Below, piece after piece: positions 27,650-37,900 of a stretch of DNA of 41,586 bases. The stretch lies in the IMG/VR virus record IMGVR_UViG_2778261450_000006, positions 1 to 41,586 of that record, one strand, 5' to 3'. The translations under genes and the position numbers were made by a program. Numbering within the stretch: position 1 is the stretch's first letter; each line of letters opens with the position of its first letter. Below the pieces are notes generated by a model. It was given only the letters and a program-made list of their open reading frames with translations. It did no database searches and had not been told where the DNA came from. This DNA is from a virus (lineage: Duplodnaviria; Heunggongvirae; Uroviricota; Caudoviricetes).

Positions 27650-28544
27650 CCTTTCGCAGTTGCCTGCGCCGCAGATTGTGGATGTGCCGGACTTTGAGAC
27701 GCTGCTTGCCGAACGCAAGGCCGAATTTGTTGCGCTTCATCCGAAAGATGAGCAGGAAGCAGTGATCCGCACGCTTGAACTGGAATCTGAACCCGTCACC
27801 AAATTGCTGCAGGAGAACGCTTACCGTGAGTTGCTTCTGCGCCAGCGCATTAACGAAGCCGCGCAGGCTGTGATGGTGGCTTACGCTATGGGCAGCGATC
27901 TTGACCAGATCGCTGCCAACTACAACGTGAAACGCCTGACGGTGACGCCTGCTGATAATGACGCTGTGCCGCCCGTTGCTGCAGTGATGGAAAGCGATGA
28001 AGCGTTACGCCTGCGTGTGCCTGCAGCCTTTGAGGGGCTTTCAGTTGCGGGACCAACTGCCGCTTATGAATTTCATGCCCGAAGCGCCGACGGTCGGGTG
28101 GCGGATGCCAGTGCAACCAGTCCGGCACCTGCAGAGGTGGTGCTGACAGTCCTTAGCCGCGAAGGCGACGGAACAGCAGAAAAAGACCTGCTGGATGTGG
28201 TGGAGAAAGCACTGAACAGTGAGAATGTCCGCCCGGTGGCTGACCGTCTGACGGTTCGCAGCGCGGAAATCATCCCGTACCGCGTGGAAGCCACCATTTT
28301 TCTCTATCCGGGACCGGAAGCAGAGCCGGTAATGGCAGCGGCAAAAGCCAGCCTGCAGAAGTACATCGCCAGTCAGACGCGTCTTGGTCGGGATATTCGC
28401 CGTAGCGCCATCTTTGCCGCCCTGCATGTTGAGGGTGTGCAGCGTGTGGAGCTGGCTTCTCCTCTGGCGGATGTGGTCCTGAACAAAACACAGGCGGCAT
28501 CATGTACGCAGTGGAGCGTAACCAACGGAGGAACGGATGAATAG
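27636..28544 (+). CDS. J: Baseplate protein J (P2 gpJ family)
   Basis: ATG 27636 with AGGAG RBS (track ORF starts 27597); 302 aa. Confidence 0.9.
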   Translation: MAVIDLSQLPAPQIVDVPDFETLLAERKAEFVALHPKDEQEAVIRTLELESEPVTKLLQENAYRELLLRQRINEAAQAVMVAYAMGSDLDQIAANYNVKRLTVTPADNDAVPPVAAVMESDEALRLRVPAAFEGLSVAGPTAAYEFHARSADGRVADASATSPAPAEVVLTVLSREGDGTAEKDLLDVVEKALNSENVRPVADRLTVRSAEIIPYRVEATIFLYPGPEAEPVMAAAKASLQKYIASQTRLGRDIRRSAIFAALHVEGVQRVELASPLADVVLNKTQAASCTQWSVTNGGTDE

Positions 28545-29142
28545 TCTGCTGCCACCGGGTTCAACACCACTGGAGCGCCGACTGGCGCAAACCTGCAGCG
28601 GGATTTCTGATCTGCAGGTGCCGCTTCGTGACTTGTGGAATCCGGCAACCTGCCCGGTCAGTTTCCTGCCTTATCTCGCCTGGGCGTTCTCTGTGGATCG
28701 CTGGGACGAGGGCTGGACAGAAAGCGTCAAGCGCCAGGTGGTGAAGGATGCTTTTTATATTCATCAGCATAAAGGGACCACCAGTGCCGTGCGTCGGGTG
28801 GTGGAGCCGTTCGGCTTTCTGATCCGCATTATTGAGTGGTGGCAGACCGGAGAGACACCGGGCACGTTTCGTCTGGATATCGGCGTGCAGGACCAGGGCA
28901 TCACTGAAGATACCTATCTGGAACTTGAGCGACTGATAAGCGATGCCAAACCATGTAGCCGTCACATGATCGGCATGTCCATCAACCTGCAGACCAGCGG
29001 CCCGCATTGGGTGGGAGCCGCCAGCTATCTTGGCGAAGAAATCACGATCTATCCGTATATCAACGAAACAATTATTTCCGGCGGCACCGCGCATGAAGGC
29101 GGGGCGGTCCATGTTATTGACACAATGAGAGTGAATCCATGA
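28537..29142 (+). CDS. I: Baseplate/tail protein I (P2 gpI family)
   Basis: 201 aa, overlaps J stop and H start. Confidence 0.85.
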   Translation: MNSLLPPGSTPLERRLAQTCSGISDLQVPLRDLWNPATCPVSFLPYLAWAFSVDRWDEGWTESVKRQVVKDAFYIHQHKGTTSAVRRVVEPFGFLIRIIEWWQTGETPGTFRLDIGVQDQGITEDTYLELERLISDAKPCSRHMIGMSINLQTSGPHWVGAASYLGEEITIYPYINETIISGGTAHEGGAVHVIDTMRVNP

Positions 29143-30644
29143 GCACAAAATTTTATACCCTGCTGACGGATATTGGCGCGGCGAAACTTGCCAGCGCCGC
29201 CGCGCTCGGTGTGCCTTTAAAAATTACCCATATGGCGGTCGGCGATGGCGGCGGAACATTGCCAACGCCGGACGCAAAGCAGACAGCATTAGTAAATGAG
29301 AAACGCCGGGCTGCGCTGAATATGCTCTATATCGACCCGCAGAACAGCAGCCAGATTATTGCCGAACAGGTGATCCCTGAAAACGAGGGCGGTTGGTGGA
29401 TACGTGAAGTGGGCTTGTTTGATGAGTCCGGGGCATTGATTGCCGTGGGCAACTGCCCGGAAAGCTATAAGCCACAACTGGCTGAAGGCAGCGGGCGCAC
29501 CCAGACCGTGCGCATGGTGCTGATTACCAGCAGCACGGACAATATCACACTGAAAATCGACCCTGCCGTCGTGCTGGCAACCCGCAAGTATGTGGATGAC
29601 AAAGCACTGGAGTTGAAGGTGTACGTGGATGACCTGATGGCAAAACATCTTGCCGCACCGGACCCGCATTCACAGTATGCACCCAAAGAAAGTCCGACGT
29701 TTACCGGGACACCCAAAGCGCCAACGCCAGCAGCAGGGAATAACACCACGCAGATTGCGACCACCGCGTTTGTTCAGGCGGCTCTGACGGCTCTTATTAA
29801 TGGTGCGCCAGCCACGCTGGACACGCTGAAAGAAATAGCCGCAGCCATTAACAATGATCCGAAATTCAGTACCACCATTAACAATGCACTGGCACTGAAA
29901 GCGCCGCTGTCGAGTCCGGCACTCACCGGAACGCCAACCGCACCTACTGCGGCACAGTCGGTCAACAATACACAGATTGCCACCACGGCATTTGTGAAAT
30001 CGGCGATTGCGGCAATGGTGGGTTCTGCACCTGCGGCACTGGATACACTGAACGAACTGGCGGCGGCGCTGGGGAATGATCCGAACTTTGCCACGACAAT
30101 GCTTAATGCGCTGGCAGGTAAACAACCGCTGGACAATACGCTGACTAATTTGAGTGGAAAGGATGTCGCTGGTCTTCTCGCATACCTTGGTTTGGGAGAA
30201 GGTTCTCCAGCTATTGGCGTTCCGTTCTTCTGGCCGTCCGCTGCAATGCCAAATACTGTAATCGACAGCTGGTCCAGTATGGTGTTTTTGAAGTTCAACG
30301 GCGCGAAATTCTCTGCCACTGATTATCCTGTGCTGGCGAAAGTGTTTCCTTCGCTGGTATTACCTGAAGCCCGCGGTGATTTCATTCGTATCTGGGATGA
30401 CGGGCGAGGTGCAGATGGTGGTCGTGAATTATTAAGCTGGCAGGCAGCTACAAACTTTTCTCAGTTTGCCGGGAATATAGGCGAAGGTGCGGGACACGCA
30501 ATTAACTTTCATGATGGCATCGCCGGAAATCAGCCAGGATTTTCACGATTTAATTTCACCAGTAACTCTGTGGGTGATGGTGTGAATTTTGTTGCTGTCA
30601 GACCGCGAAATATTGCATTTAACTTTCTGGTGAGGGCTAAATAA
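29139..30644 (+). CDS. H: Tail fibre protein H (constant N-terminal region plus currently expressed variable C-terminal cassette)
   Basis: 501 aa with repeated tail-fibre motifs (TQIATTAFV ... NDPKFSTT; NTQIATTAFVKSAIAA ... NDPNFATT). The recombination site encoding LGLGE lies at 30175-30200 inside the gene. Confidence 0.9.
   Translation: MSTKFYTLLTDIGAAKLASAAALGVPLKITHMAVGDGGGTLPTPDAKQTALVNEKRRAALNMLYIDPQNSSQIIAEQVIPENEGGWWIREVGLFDESGALIAVGNCPESYKPQLAEGSGRTQTVRMVLITSSTDNITLKIDPAVVLATRKYVDDKALELKVYVDDLMAKHLAAPDPHSQYAPKESPTFTGTPKAPTPAAGNNTTQIATTAFVQAALTALINGAPATLDTLKEIAAAINNDPKFSTTINNALALKAPLSSPALTGTPTAPTAAQSVNNTQIATTAFVKSAIAAMVGSAPAALDTLNELAAALGNDPNFATTMLNALAGKQPLDNTLTNLSGKDVAGLLAYLGLGEGSPAIGVPFFWPSAAMPNTVIDSWSSMVFLKFNGAKFSATDYPVLAKVFPSLVLPEARGDFIRIWDDGRGADGGRELLSWQAATNFSQFAGNIGEGAGHAINFHDGIAGNQPGFSRFNFTSNSVGDGVNFVAVRPRNIAFNFLVRAK
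30175..30200. repeat. Invertase crossover site (hix/gix/cix-like 26-bp site) inside tail fibre gene H
   Basis: ttctcgcatacc-TT-ggtttgggagaa; the 14 bp ttggtttgggagaa is repeated in inverted orientation at 31980-31993. Confidence 0.6.
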
Positions 30645-31237
30645 TGAAACCTGTTTTTGATGAAAATGGGCTGGCTACAGTGCCGGGCGATATGCGTTGT
30701 TTTTATTATGATGCTGAAACATCTGAGTATACGGGCTGGTCTGATGAATATATTAATACTGGCGTAAGTATGCCCGCCTGTTCCACTGGTATTGACCCTG
30801 GCGAAAACATTCCGGGAAAAGTGGCAGTATTTACGGGTAAGGGATGGAGCCATGAAGAAGACCATCGCAATGAGACTGTTTACTCAACAGAAAATGGCGC
30901 AGCTGTTACAGTGGATTATATCGGTGCCATCAAAGACGGTTATGTCACGCTTTCACCGTTAACGCCATACGATAAATGGGATGGTGAGAAATGGGTGACG
31001 GATACCGAGGCACAGCATAGCGCCGCAGTAGACGCGGCAGAAGCACAACGTCAGTCACTGATTGATACTGTAATGGCTTCCATTAGTCTGATTCAACTGA
31101 AATTGCAGGCCGGACGGAAACTGACGCAGGCAGAAACAACCCGACTTAACGCCGTGCTGGATTACATTGACGCGGTGACGGTAACAGATACCAGCACCGC
31201 GCCGGATATCATCTGGCCTGAACTGCCGGAGGCGTAG
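30644..31237 (+). CDS. G: Tail fibre assembly protein (P2 gpG/Tfa family), currently expressed copy
   Basis: 197 aa directly after H; C-terminal motif LDYIDAVTVTDTSTAPDIIWPELP shared with the inverted copy. Confidence 0.8.
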   Translation: MKPVFDENGLATVPGDMRCFYYDAETSEYTGWSDEYINTGVSMPACSTGIDPGENIPGKVAVFTGKGWSHEEDHRNETVYSTENGAAVTVDYIGAIKDGYVTLSPLTPYDKWDGEKWVTDTEAQHSAAVDAAEAQRQSLIDTVMASISLIQLKLQAGRKLTQAETTRLNAVLDYIDAVTVTDTSTAPDIIWPELPEA

Positions 31238-31628
31238 GCCATTCAATATCTGGCGCACTGGAAGTATCGACCAGCTCCAGTGCGTCCAGATAATCCAGCC
31301 ACAAATTATATTGCGCCAGTTCCTCACCTTTCAGACGACCAATAGCCGCTTTACCAGGCCATTGCCTGCTGTTCATGTGCTCGTTGGCTTCATTAATAAG
31401 TTTTCCTTTTTTCAACTCTGCCAATGCAATAAGGTTTTCTTTTGATAAAGGTGGTTGCTCTGTCAAAACCGGATATCCCTCCTGATTGCTGACTATTTTC
31501 ATGCCATTATCCTGACCATCCAGTAGTGACAGCCATTCATCCGTGGTTATCTCAACAGCATCTGAAGGTGCTTTATTTAAATCGGTAAAAAAACCATTTT
31601 CTTTTTGTGAATAGAAGTATCTGTCCAT
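31209..31628 (-). CDS. Alternative tail fibre assembly protein (inverted copy)
   Basis: 139 aa on opposite strand; C-terminus LWLDYLDALELVDTSSAPDIEWPTP parallels the + strand Tfa; 3' ends overlap convergently. Confidence 0.75.
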   Translation of the reverse strand: MDRYFYSQKENGFFTDLNKAPSDAVEITTDEWLSLLDGQDNGMKIVSNQEGYPVLTEQPPLSKENLIALAELKKGKLINEANEHMNSRQWPGKAAIGRLKGEELAQYNLWLDYLDALELVDTSSAPDIEWPTPPAVQAR

Positions 31629-31631
31629 TTA

Positions 31632-31991
31632 TCAATCTCCAAAAGCAATCCAGTAAGCAAAAGGATTTATTCCTTGCTCAGTCACAGATGACATCAGGGA
31701 AAATTGCGATGGTGAAACAGGTAATGCTGCAAAACTAACCATTGTTGACACACCTGACCGTGCATTATCGTACGATGCAACAACACAATAATTGGTATTG
31801 CTGAAAGATATCGGCAGGGTGATATTTACAGGTGAGCCTAATGGCCCTGATGCTGATATTCCCATTTGAATGATGGTTCCATCAGGCAATTTTCTCCAGC
31901 GATTAGAACTCGGATTTCTTTTCCAGGCTGACATATCCGGTATCTGATTTTCTCCTGTGCCTACATCCCTTTTCGCCGCTTCTCCCAAACC
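31632..31991 (-). CDS. Alternative tail-fibre C-terminal cassette (promoterless; fused to H constant region after inversion)
   Basis: Minus-strand frame reads ...GLGEAAKRDVGTGENQIPDMSAWKRN... from the crossover site. No independent start expected; the Met in the track ORF (to 32033) lies beyond the site. Confidence 0.6.
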   Translation of the reverse strand, partial: GLGEAAKRDVGTGENQIPDMSAWKRNPSSNRWRKLPDGTIIQMGISASGPLGSPVNITLPISFSNTNYCVVASYDNARSGVSTMVSFAALPVSPSQFSLMSSVTEQGINPFAYWIAFGD

Positions 31992-32005
31992 AACGTTTAT
32001 GAAAA
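31980..32005. repeat. Invertase crossover site (inverted partner of 30175-30200)
   Basis: ttctcccaaacc-AA-cgtttatgaaaa; reverse complement shares ttggtttgggagaa with the H-internal site. Confidence 0.6.
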
Positions 32006-32060
32006 TGCAGAGATAACGGCTAACTGGCATCATCTCCGGTTTTTATTCAGGGGGATGATC

Positions 32061-32627
32061 ATGCTTATTGGCTATGTACGCGTGTCAACAAATGACCAGA
32101 ACACCGATTTGCAACGTAATGCACTGAACTGCGCGGGATGTGAGCGGATTTTTGAGGATAAAATCAGTGGCACTAAGTCCGACAGACCGGGGCTGAAAAA
32201 GCTGCTCAGGACACTATCGGCAGGAGACACGCTGGTTGTCTGGAAGCTGGACAGGTTGGGGCGCAGTATGCGGCATCTTGTTACGCTGATAGAGGAGTTG
32301 CGCCAGCGTGGTGTGAATTTCCGAAGCCTGACTGACAGTATTGATACCAGTACCCCAATGGGCCGTTTCTTTTTTCATGTCATGGGTGCCCTGGCTGAAA
32401 TGGAACGCGAACTGATAGTTGAACGTACCAGGGCAGGGCTGGCTGCAGCTCGTGCCAAAGGCAGAGTAGGTGGACGCCGTCCTAAGTTGACCACCGAACA
32501 GTGGGCACAGATTGGGCGTTTACTCGAGGCCGGAGAATCAAGACAGCGTATTGCACTGATTTTTGATGTGGGTGTTTCCACAATTTATAGAAAATTTCCG
32601 GCAAATAAGAGTAATGAATCCCCCTGA
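32061..32627 (+). CDS. Serine DNA invertase (Hin/Gin/Cin/Pin family)
   Basis: MLIGYVRVSTNDQNTDLQ with catalytic Ser in YVRVST, resolvase core and C-terminal HTH (GVSTIYRKF). ATG 32061 with GGGGG RBS (track ORF starts 32055). Confidence 0.9.
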   Translation: MLIGYVRVSTNDQNTDLQRNALNCAGCERIFEDKISGTKSDRPGLKKLLRTLSAGDTLVVWKLDRLGRSMRHLVTLIEELRQRGVNFRSLTDSIDTSTPMGRFFFHVMGALAEMERELIVERTRAGLAAARAKGRVGGRRPKLTTEQWAQIGRLLEAGESRQRIALIFDVGVSTIYRKFPANKSNESP

Positions 32628-32675
32628 ATCAGCATTATTTTGATTATCCCTGCAAGTAGACAAATACCGTCATTT

Positions 32676-32693
32676 TGTGTGAATAACGGTACA
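32676..32693. promoter_or_regulatory. Candidate Ogr-dependent late promoter element (TGT-N12-ACA) upstream of FI
   Basis: tgtgtgaataacggtaca ~85 bp upstream of the FI start. Confidence 0.45.
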
Positions 32694-32769
32694 ACTGCGC
32701 TTAGCTGTTTGTCAGGCACAATCACTTCAACATAGGGCGAAGCCTAATCCAATCAGGAGGTTCGCCACT

Positions 32770-33942
32770 ATGGCTCAGGATTACCACCACGGGGTGCGCG
32801 TTGTTGAAGTCAACGAAGGCACCCGATCCATTACCACGGTGAGCACCGCCATCGTGGGCATGGTCTGCACGGGCGATGATGCCGATGCAAAAATGTTTCC
32901 TCTTAACAAACCTGTGCTGATCACTGATGTGCTGACTGCCAGCGGTAAAGCGGGTGAGTCCGGCACGCTGGCCCGTTCGCTGGATGCCATCGCTGACCAG
33001 GCAAAACCCGTGACCGTTGTTGTGCGTGTGCCGCAGGGTGAAACGGAAGAAGAAACCACGACCAATATCATCGGCGCAGTGACTGCTGAAGGTAAAAAAA
33101 CAGGCATGAAAGCTCTGTTATCTGCCCAGTCACAGCTCGGCGTTAAACCGCGCATTCTCGGCGTGCCAGGTCACGATAACAAAGCCGTTGCGACTGAGTT
33201 GCTGAGCGTGGCGCAAAGCCTGCGTGGGTTTGCTTACCTGTCAGCGTATGGCTGCAAGACGGTACAGGAGGCGATCACTTACCGTGAAAACTTCAGCCAG
33301 CGCGAAGGAATGCTGATCTGGCCCGACTTTACTGGCTGGGACACGGTGCTGAATGCCGAAGCAACGGCATATGCCACCGCCCGTGCACTTGGTCTGCGTG
33401 CCAAAATTGATGAGCAGACCGGGTGGCACAAAAGCCTGTCCAACGTGGGCGTGAACGGTGTCACCGGAATTTCTGCAGATGTGTTCTGGGATCTGCAGGA
33501 CCCGGCAACCGATGCAGGTCTGCTGAACCAGAACGACGTCACCACGCTTGTGCGTAAAGACGGTTTCCGCTTCTGGGGTTCCCGCTGTCTGAGCGATGAT
33601 CCGCTTTTTGCCTTCGAAAACTACACCCGCACGGCGCAGGTGCTGACGGACACAATGGCAGAAGCACACATGTGGGCGGTGGATAAACCGCTTAACCCGT
33701 CGCTGGCCCGCGACATTATCGAAGGTATCCGCGCCAAAATACGCAGCCTGGTCAGTCAGGGCTATCTCATTGGTGGTGATTGCTGGCTGGATGAGTCGGT
33801 GAACGACAAAGACACGCTGAAAGCCGGAAAACTCACCATCGACTATGACTACACGCCAGTGCCGCCACTTGAAAATCTGATGCTGCGCCAGCGCATCACC
33901 GATCAGTACCTGGTGAATTTCGCCAGCCAGGTCAGCGCGTAA
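32770..33942 (+). CDS. FI: Contractile tail sheath protein (P2 gpFI family)
   Basis: 390 aa with AGGAGG RBS. Confidence 0.9.
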   Translation: MAQDYHHGVRVVEVNEGTRSITTVSTAIVGMVCTGDDADAKMFPLNKPVLITDVLTASGKAGESGTLARSLDAIADQAKPVTVVVRVPQGETEEETTTNIIGAVTAEGKKTGMKALLSAQSQLGVKPRILGVPGHDNKAVATELLSVAQSLRGFAYLSAYGCKTVQEAITYRENFSQREGMLIWPDFTGWDTVLNAEATAYATARALGLRAKIDEQTGWHKSLSNVGVNGVTGISADVFWDLQDPATDAGLLNQNDVTTLVRKDGFRFWGSRCLSDDPLFAFENYTRTAQVLTDTMAEAHMWAVDKPLNPSLARDIIEGIRAKIRSLVSQGYLIGGDCWLDESVNDKDTLKAGKLTIDYDYTPVPPLENLMLRQRITDQYLVNFASQVSA

Positions 33943-33951
33943 GGGGACAAC

Positions 33952-34467
33952 ATGGCTTTACCACGCAAATTAAAACATCTGAACCTGTTTAACGACGGGA
34001 ACAACTGGCAGGGGATCGTTGAGTCGCTGACGCTGCCGAAATTCACCCGCAAATATGAGAAGTATCGCGGCGGCGGAATGCCGGGTGCAGTGGATGTGGA
34101 TCTGGGGCTTGATGACAGTGCGCTGGACACAGAATTTTCCATTGGTGGTACTGAACTGCTGCTGTTTAAGCAGATGGGCAAAGCCACGGTAGATGGCATT
34201 CAGCTGCGCTTTACCGGCTCTATCCAGCGTGACGATACCGGGGAAGTGCAGGCCGTGGAGCTTGTGGTGCGTGGACGTCACAAAGAAGTGGATTCCGGCG
34301 AGTGGAAGACGGGCGAAAGCAACACCACCAAAGTGACCAGTACCAACAGCTACGCGAAGCTGACCATCAATGGTGAGGTGCTCTATGAAGTGGACCTTAT
34401 CAACATGGTGGAAATTGTGGACGGTGTGGACCTGATGGAAGCGCACCGCAACGCCCTCGGCCTCTGA
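33952..34467 (+). CDS. FII: Tail tube protein (P2 gpFII family)
   Basis: 171 aa immediately after sheath gene. Confidence 0.9.
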   Translation: MALPRKLKHLNLFNDGNNWQGIVESLTLPKFTRKYEKYRGGGMPGAVDVDLGLDDSALDTEFSIGGTELLLFKQMGKATVDGIQLRFTGSIQRDDTGEVQAVELVVRGRHKEVDSGEWKTGESNTTKVTSTNSYAKLTINGEVLYEVDLINMVEIVDGVDLMEAHRNALGL

Positions 34468-34521
34468 TGTATCTGAACGGCGCGGGATACCGCGCCAGAA
34501 CCCAATTTACAGGACAGCAAA

Positions 34522-34824
34522 ATGAGCGATAAGCAGACTGAAAAGACTATTCAACTGGATACCCCCATCAAGCGCGGTAAAACAGAAATCACCGAAATTG
34601 TGCTGCGTAAACCGCAGTCCGGTGCGCTGCGCGGTACACGCCTGCAGGCCATTATGGATATGGATGTGAACGCGATGATGACCGTGATCCCCCGTATCTC
34701 CAGTCCGGCACTGACTGCACAGGAAATTGCAGAGATGGACCCGGCAGATCTCACTGCCATGTCGGTTGAGGTTGTCACTTTTTTGTTGAAGAAGTCGGTG
34801 CTTGCCGGTTTACCGACAGCCTGA
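34522..34824 (+). CDS. E: Tail assembly chaperone E (P2 gpE family)
   Basis: 100 aa upstream of tape measure; contains slippery T TTT TTG near 3' end. Confidence 0.85.
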   Translation: MSDKQTEKTIQLDTPIKRGKTEITEIVLRKPQSGALRGTRLQAIMDMDVNAMMTVIPRISSPALTAQEIAEMDPADLTAMSVEVVTFLLKKSVLAGLPTA

Positions 34825-34958
34825 CGGTTGACGATCTGGTGGCTGATATCGCCACCATCTTTCACTGGCCGCCATCCGTTACTGACGTTATGCCGCTGAC
34901 CGAAGTGCTGGAATGGCGGTATAAAGCGATTCAGAGAAGCGGGGCCAACGATGAGTGA
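34522..34958 (+). CDS. Predicted E+E' fusion product made by -1 programmed frameshift at TTTTTTG (34779-34785)
   Basis: The -1 frame after the heptamer stays open for 57 codons and stops at TGA 34956-34958, overlapping the T start; same architecture as P2 E/E'. Confidence 0.5.
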
Positions 34959-37900
34959 TAACAACCTGCGGCTGCAGGTCATTCTTAATGCGGTTGACAA
35001 ACTCACCCGCCCATTCCGTGTTGCACAGGCCAGTTCGAAAGAGCTGGCTGGCGCAATTCAGAATACCCGAAACAGCCTCAAAGAACTGAATAAGCAGGCT
35101 GGCAGAATTGATGAATTTCGCAAGACGCGCTCGCAACTAGCCATAACAGCCAACAACCTGAACGCAGCCCGCGAAGAGGCGGCAAAACTCGCCACACAAT
35201 TTGCTGCCACTAACAGGCCAACCGCCGCGCAGGCAAAGTTATTCAGTCAGGCCAAAACACGAGTACAGGAACTTCAGCAGACCTATAACGGCTTGTTGGG
35301 GGCGGTCCAGAGACAACGTCAGGCACTTAAAGAATCAGGGATTGATACCAGACAACTCAGTAGTGCCCAGCGAGAACTTAAGAAAAATGCTGAAGAAACA
35401 AGGCAGGCACTGGAGGGCCAGCAAAAAGCACTTAAACGTCTGGGTGAACAACAGGCACGGATGAACGCTGCCAGAGAACAATACTCAAGACGGCTTGAAG
35501 TGCGCGATCGCATCGCAGGAGCCGGAGCCACTACCACGGCTGCAGGGCTGGCAATGGGTGCGCCAGTGATGGCAGCAGTAAAAAGCTATACCAGCATGGA
35601 AGATGCCATGAAAGGTGTGGCAAAGCAGGTCAATGGTCTGCGTGATGATAATGGCAACCGCACTGCGCGTTTTTACGAAATGCAGGATGCCATCAAGGCT
35701 GCCAGCGAACAGTTGCCGATGGAAAACGGTGCTGTGGACTTTGCCGCACTGGTTGAAGGTGGTGCGCGCATGAACGTCGCAAATCCTGACGACAGCTGGG
35801 AAGACCAGAAACGTGACCTGCTGGCCTTCGCCAGCACGGCAGCAAAGGCGGCAACAGCCTTTGAGCTGCCAGCGGATGAACTGTCAGAAAGTCTGGGGAA
35901 AATCGCCCAGCTCTACAAAATCCCTACCCGCAATATTGAACAGCTCGGTGATGCGCTGAACTATCTGGATGATAACGCCATGTCGAAAGGGTCAGACATC
36001 ATTGATGTCATGCAACGCCTGGGCGGTGTGGCAGATCGTCTGGATTATCGTAAAGCGGCGGCGCTGGGTTCCACCTTCCTGACACTGGGCGCTGCGCCGG
36101 AGGTTGCTGCCAGTGCAGCAAACGCGATGGTGCGTGAATTGTCCATTGCCACCATGCAAAGTAAGAGTTTCTTTGAAGGGATGAATCTGCTGAAACTCAA
36201 TCCTGAAGTGATTGAAAAGCAGATGACGAAGGATGCGATGGGAACTATCCAGCGTGTGCTGGAGAAGGTGAACGCACTGCCGCAGGACAAGCGTCTGTCT
36301 GCCATGACCATGTTGTTTGGTAAAGAGTTTGGTGATGATGCAGCGAAACAGGCAAACAACCTTCCGGAACTGCAGCGCCAGCTAAAACTGACAGCGGGCA
36401 ATGATGCGCTCGGTTCCATGCAGAAAGAATCCGACATCAACAAAGACTCACTTTCCGCTCAGTGGTTGCTGGTCAAAACCGGAGCGCAGAACACCTTCAG
36501 CAGCCTGGGCGAAACGCTGCGCCAGCCGCTGATGGATATTCTGTACACGGTAAAAAGCATCACGGGGGCGTTGCGCCGCTGGGTGGAAGCTAACCCGGAA
36601 CTGACAGGCACACTGATGAAAGTAGCGGCTGTTGTGGCTGCGGTTACCGTAGGCCTCGGCACCTTAGCGGTGGCGCTGGCTGCAGTGCTGGGGCCGCTGG
36701 CAGTCATCCGTCTGGGATTCTCTGTGCTGGGTATCAAAACGTTACCTTCCGTTACGGCAGCAGTAACACGAACCAGCAGCGCGTTGTCCTGGTTAGCTGG
36801 CGCTCCACTGGCACTGCTGCGACGCGGGCTTGCTTCATCGGGCAACGCAGCGGGTTTACTTACTGCGCCGTTGTCGTCTTTGCGCCGCACCGCATCACTG
36901 ACGGGGAATGTCCTGAAAACTGTAGCAGGTGTGCCGGTTGCACTGTTGCGGTCTGGATTATCCGGTTTACGTGCGGTTGCTGTGATGTTTATGAATCCAC
37001 TGGCAGCACTACGCGGTGGACTGGCTGCCGCAGGCGCGGTGCTGCGTGTGCTGGCATCCGGTCCGCTGGCGATGCTGCGCGTTGCCCTGTATGCCGTATC
37101 TGGTCTGTTAGGTGCTCTGCTCAGTCCGATAGGTCTTGTGGTTACTGCACTGGCGGGCGTGGCGCTGGTTGTCTGGAAATACTGGCAACCCATCACCGCA
37201 TTTCTCGGTGGCGTGGTGGAAGGATTCAAAGCGGCGGCAGGTCCCATCAGTGCTGCATTCGAACCGCTTAAGCCCGTGTTCCAGTGGATTGGCGACAAAG
37301 TACAGGCGTTGTGGGGCTGGTTTACTGATCTGCTGACGCCTGTTAAGTCGACCTCTGCCGAACTGCAGAGCGCAGCGGCAATGGGGCGACGATTCGGGGA
37401 GGCACTGGCGGAAGGGCTGAATATGGTCATGCATCCGTTGGACTCCCTGAAATCCGGCGTTTCCTGGTTGCTGGAGAAACTCGGTATTGTCAGTAAAGAG
37501 GCTGCAAAGGCGAAACTGCCGGAAAGCGTGACGCGTCAGCAACCTGCGACGGTGAATGCAGACGGTAAAGTGATGATGCCATCGGGTGGTTTTCCGTCAT
37601 GGGGATATGGCTTTGCGGGGATGTATGACAGCGGCGGCTATATCCCGCGCGGGCAGTTCGGCATTGTCGGTGAAAACGGGCCTGAAATTGTCAACGGTCC
37701 GGCAAACGTGACCAGTCGGAGAAATACAGCTGCACTGGCTGCCGTTGTTGCCGGAATGATGGGCGTTGCTGCCGCGCCTGCAGAGCTTCCGCCGTTACAT
37801 CCTTTGGCACTTCCCGCGAAAGGCGGCGAAGCGATGGTGAGTCGTGCAGCCACTGTGCCGCCCGCTCAACGGATTGAGGCACCGACGCAGATCATCATCC

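Larger units (their letters stand above)
30189..31991. other. Invertible tail-fibre segment (G/C-segment-like), ~1.8 kb
   Basis: Bounded by inverted 26-bp crossover sites; contains convergent alternative tail-fibre C-terminal cassettes and two tail fibre assembly genes; invertase gene adjacent. Confidence 0.65.

Noticed and set aside
29670-30319. Minus-strand ORFs (151 and 181 aa) inside tail fibre gene H
   Set aside because: Antisense low-complexity frames within a repeat-rich structural gene.
36459-37430. 323-aa minus-strand ORF inside the tape measure gene
   Set aside because: Antisense to a well-supported structural gene in GC-rich DNA; low-complexity Ala/Pro/Ser/Thr-rich translation typical of spurious GC-rich antisense frames.
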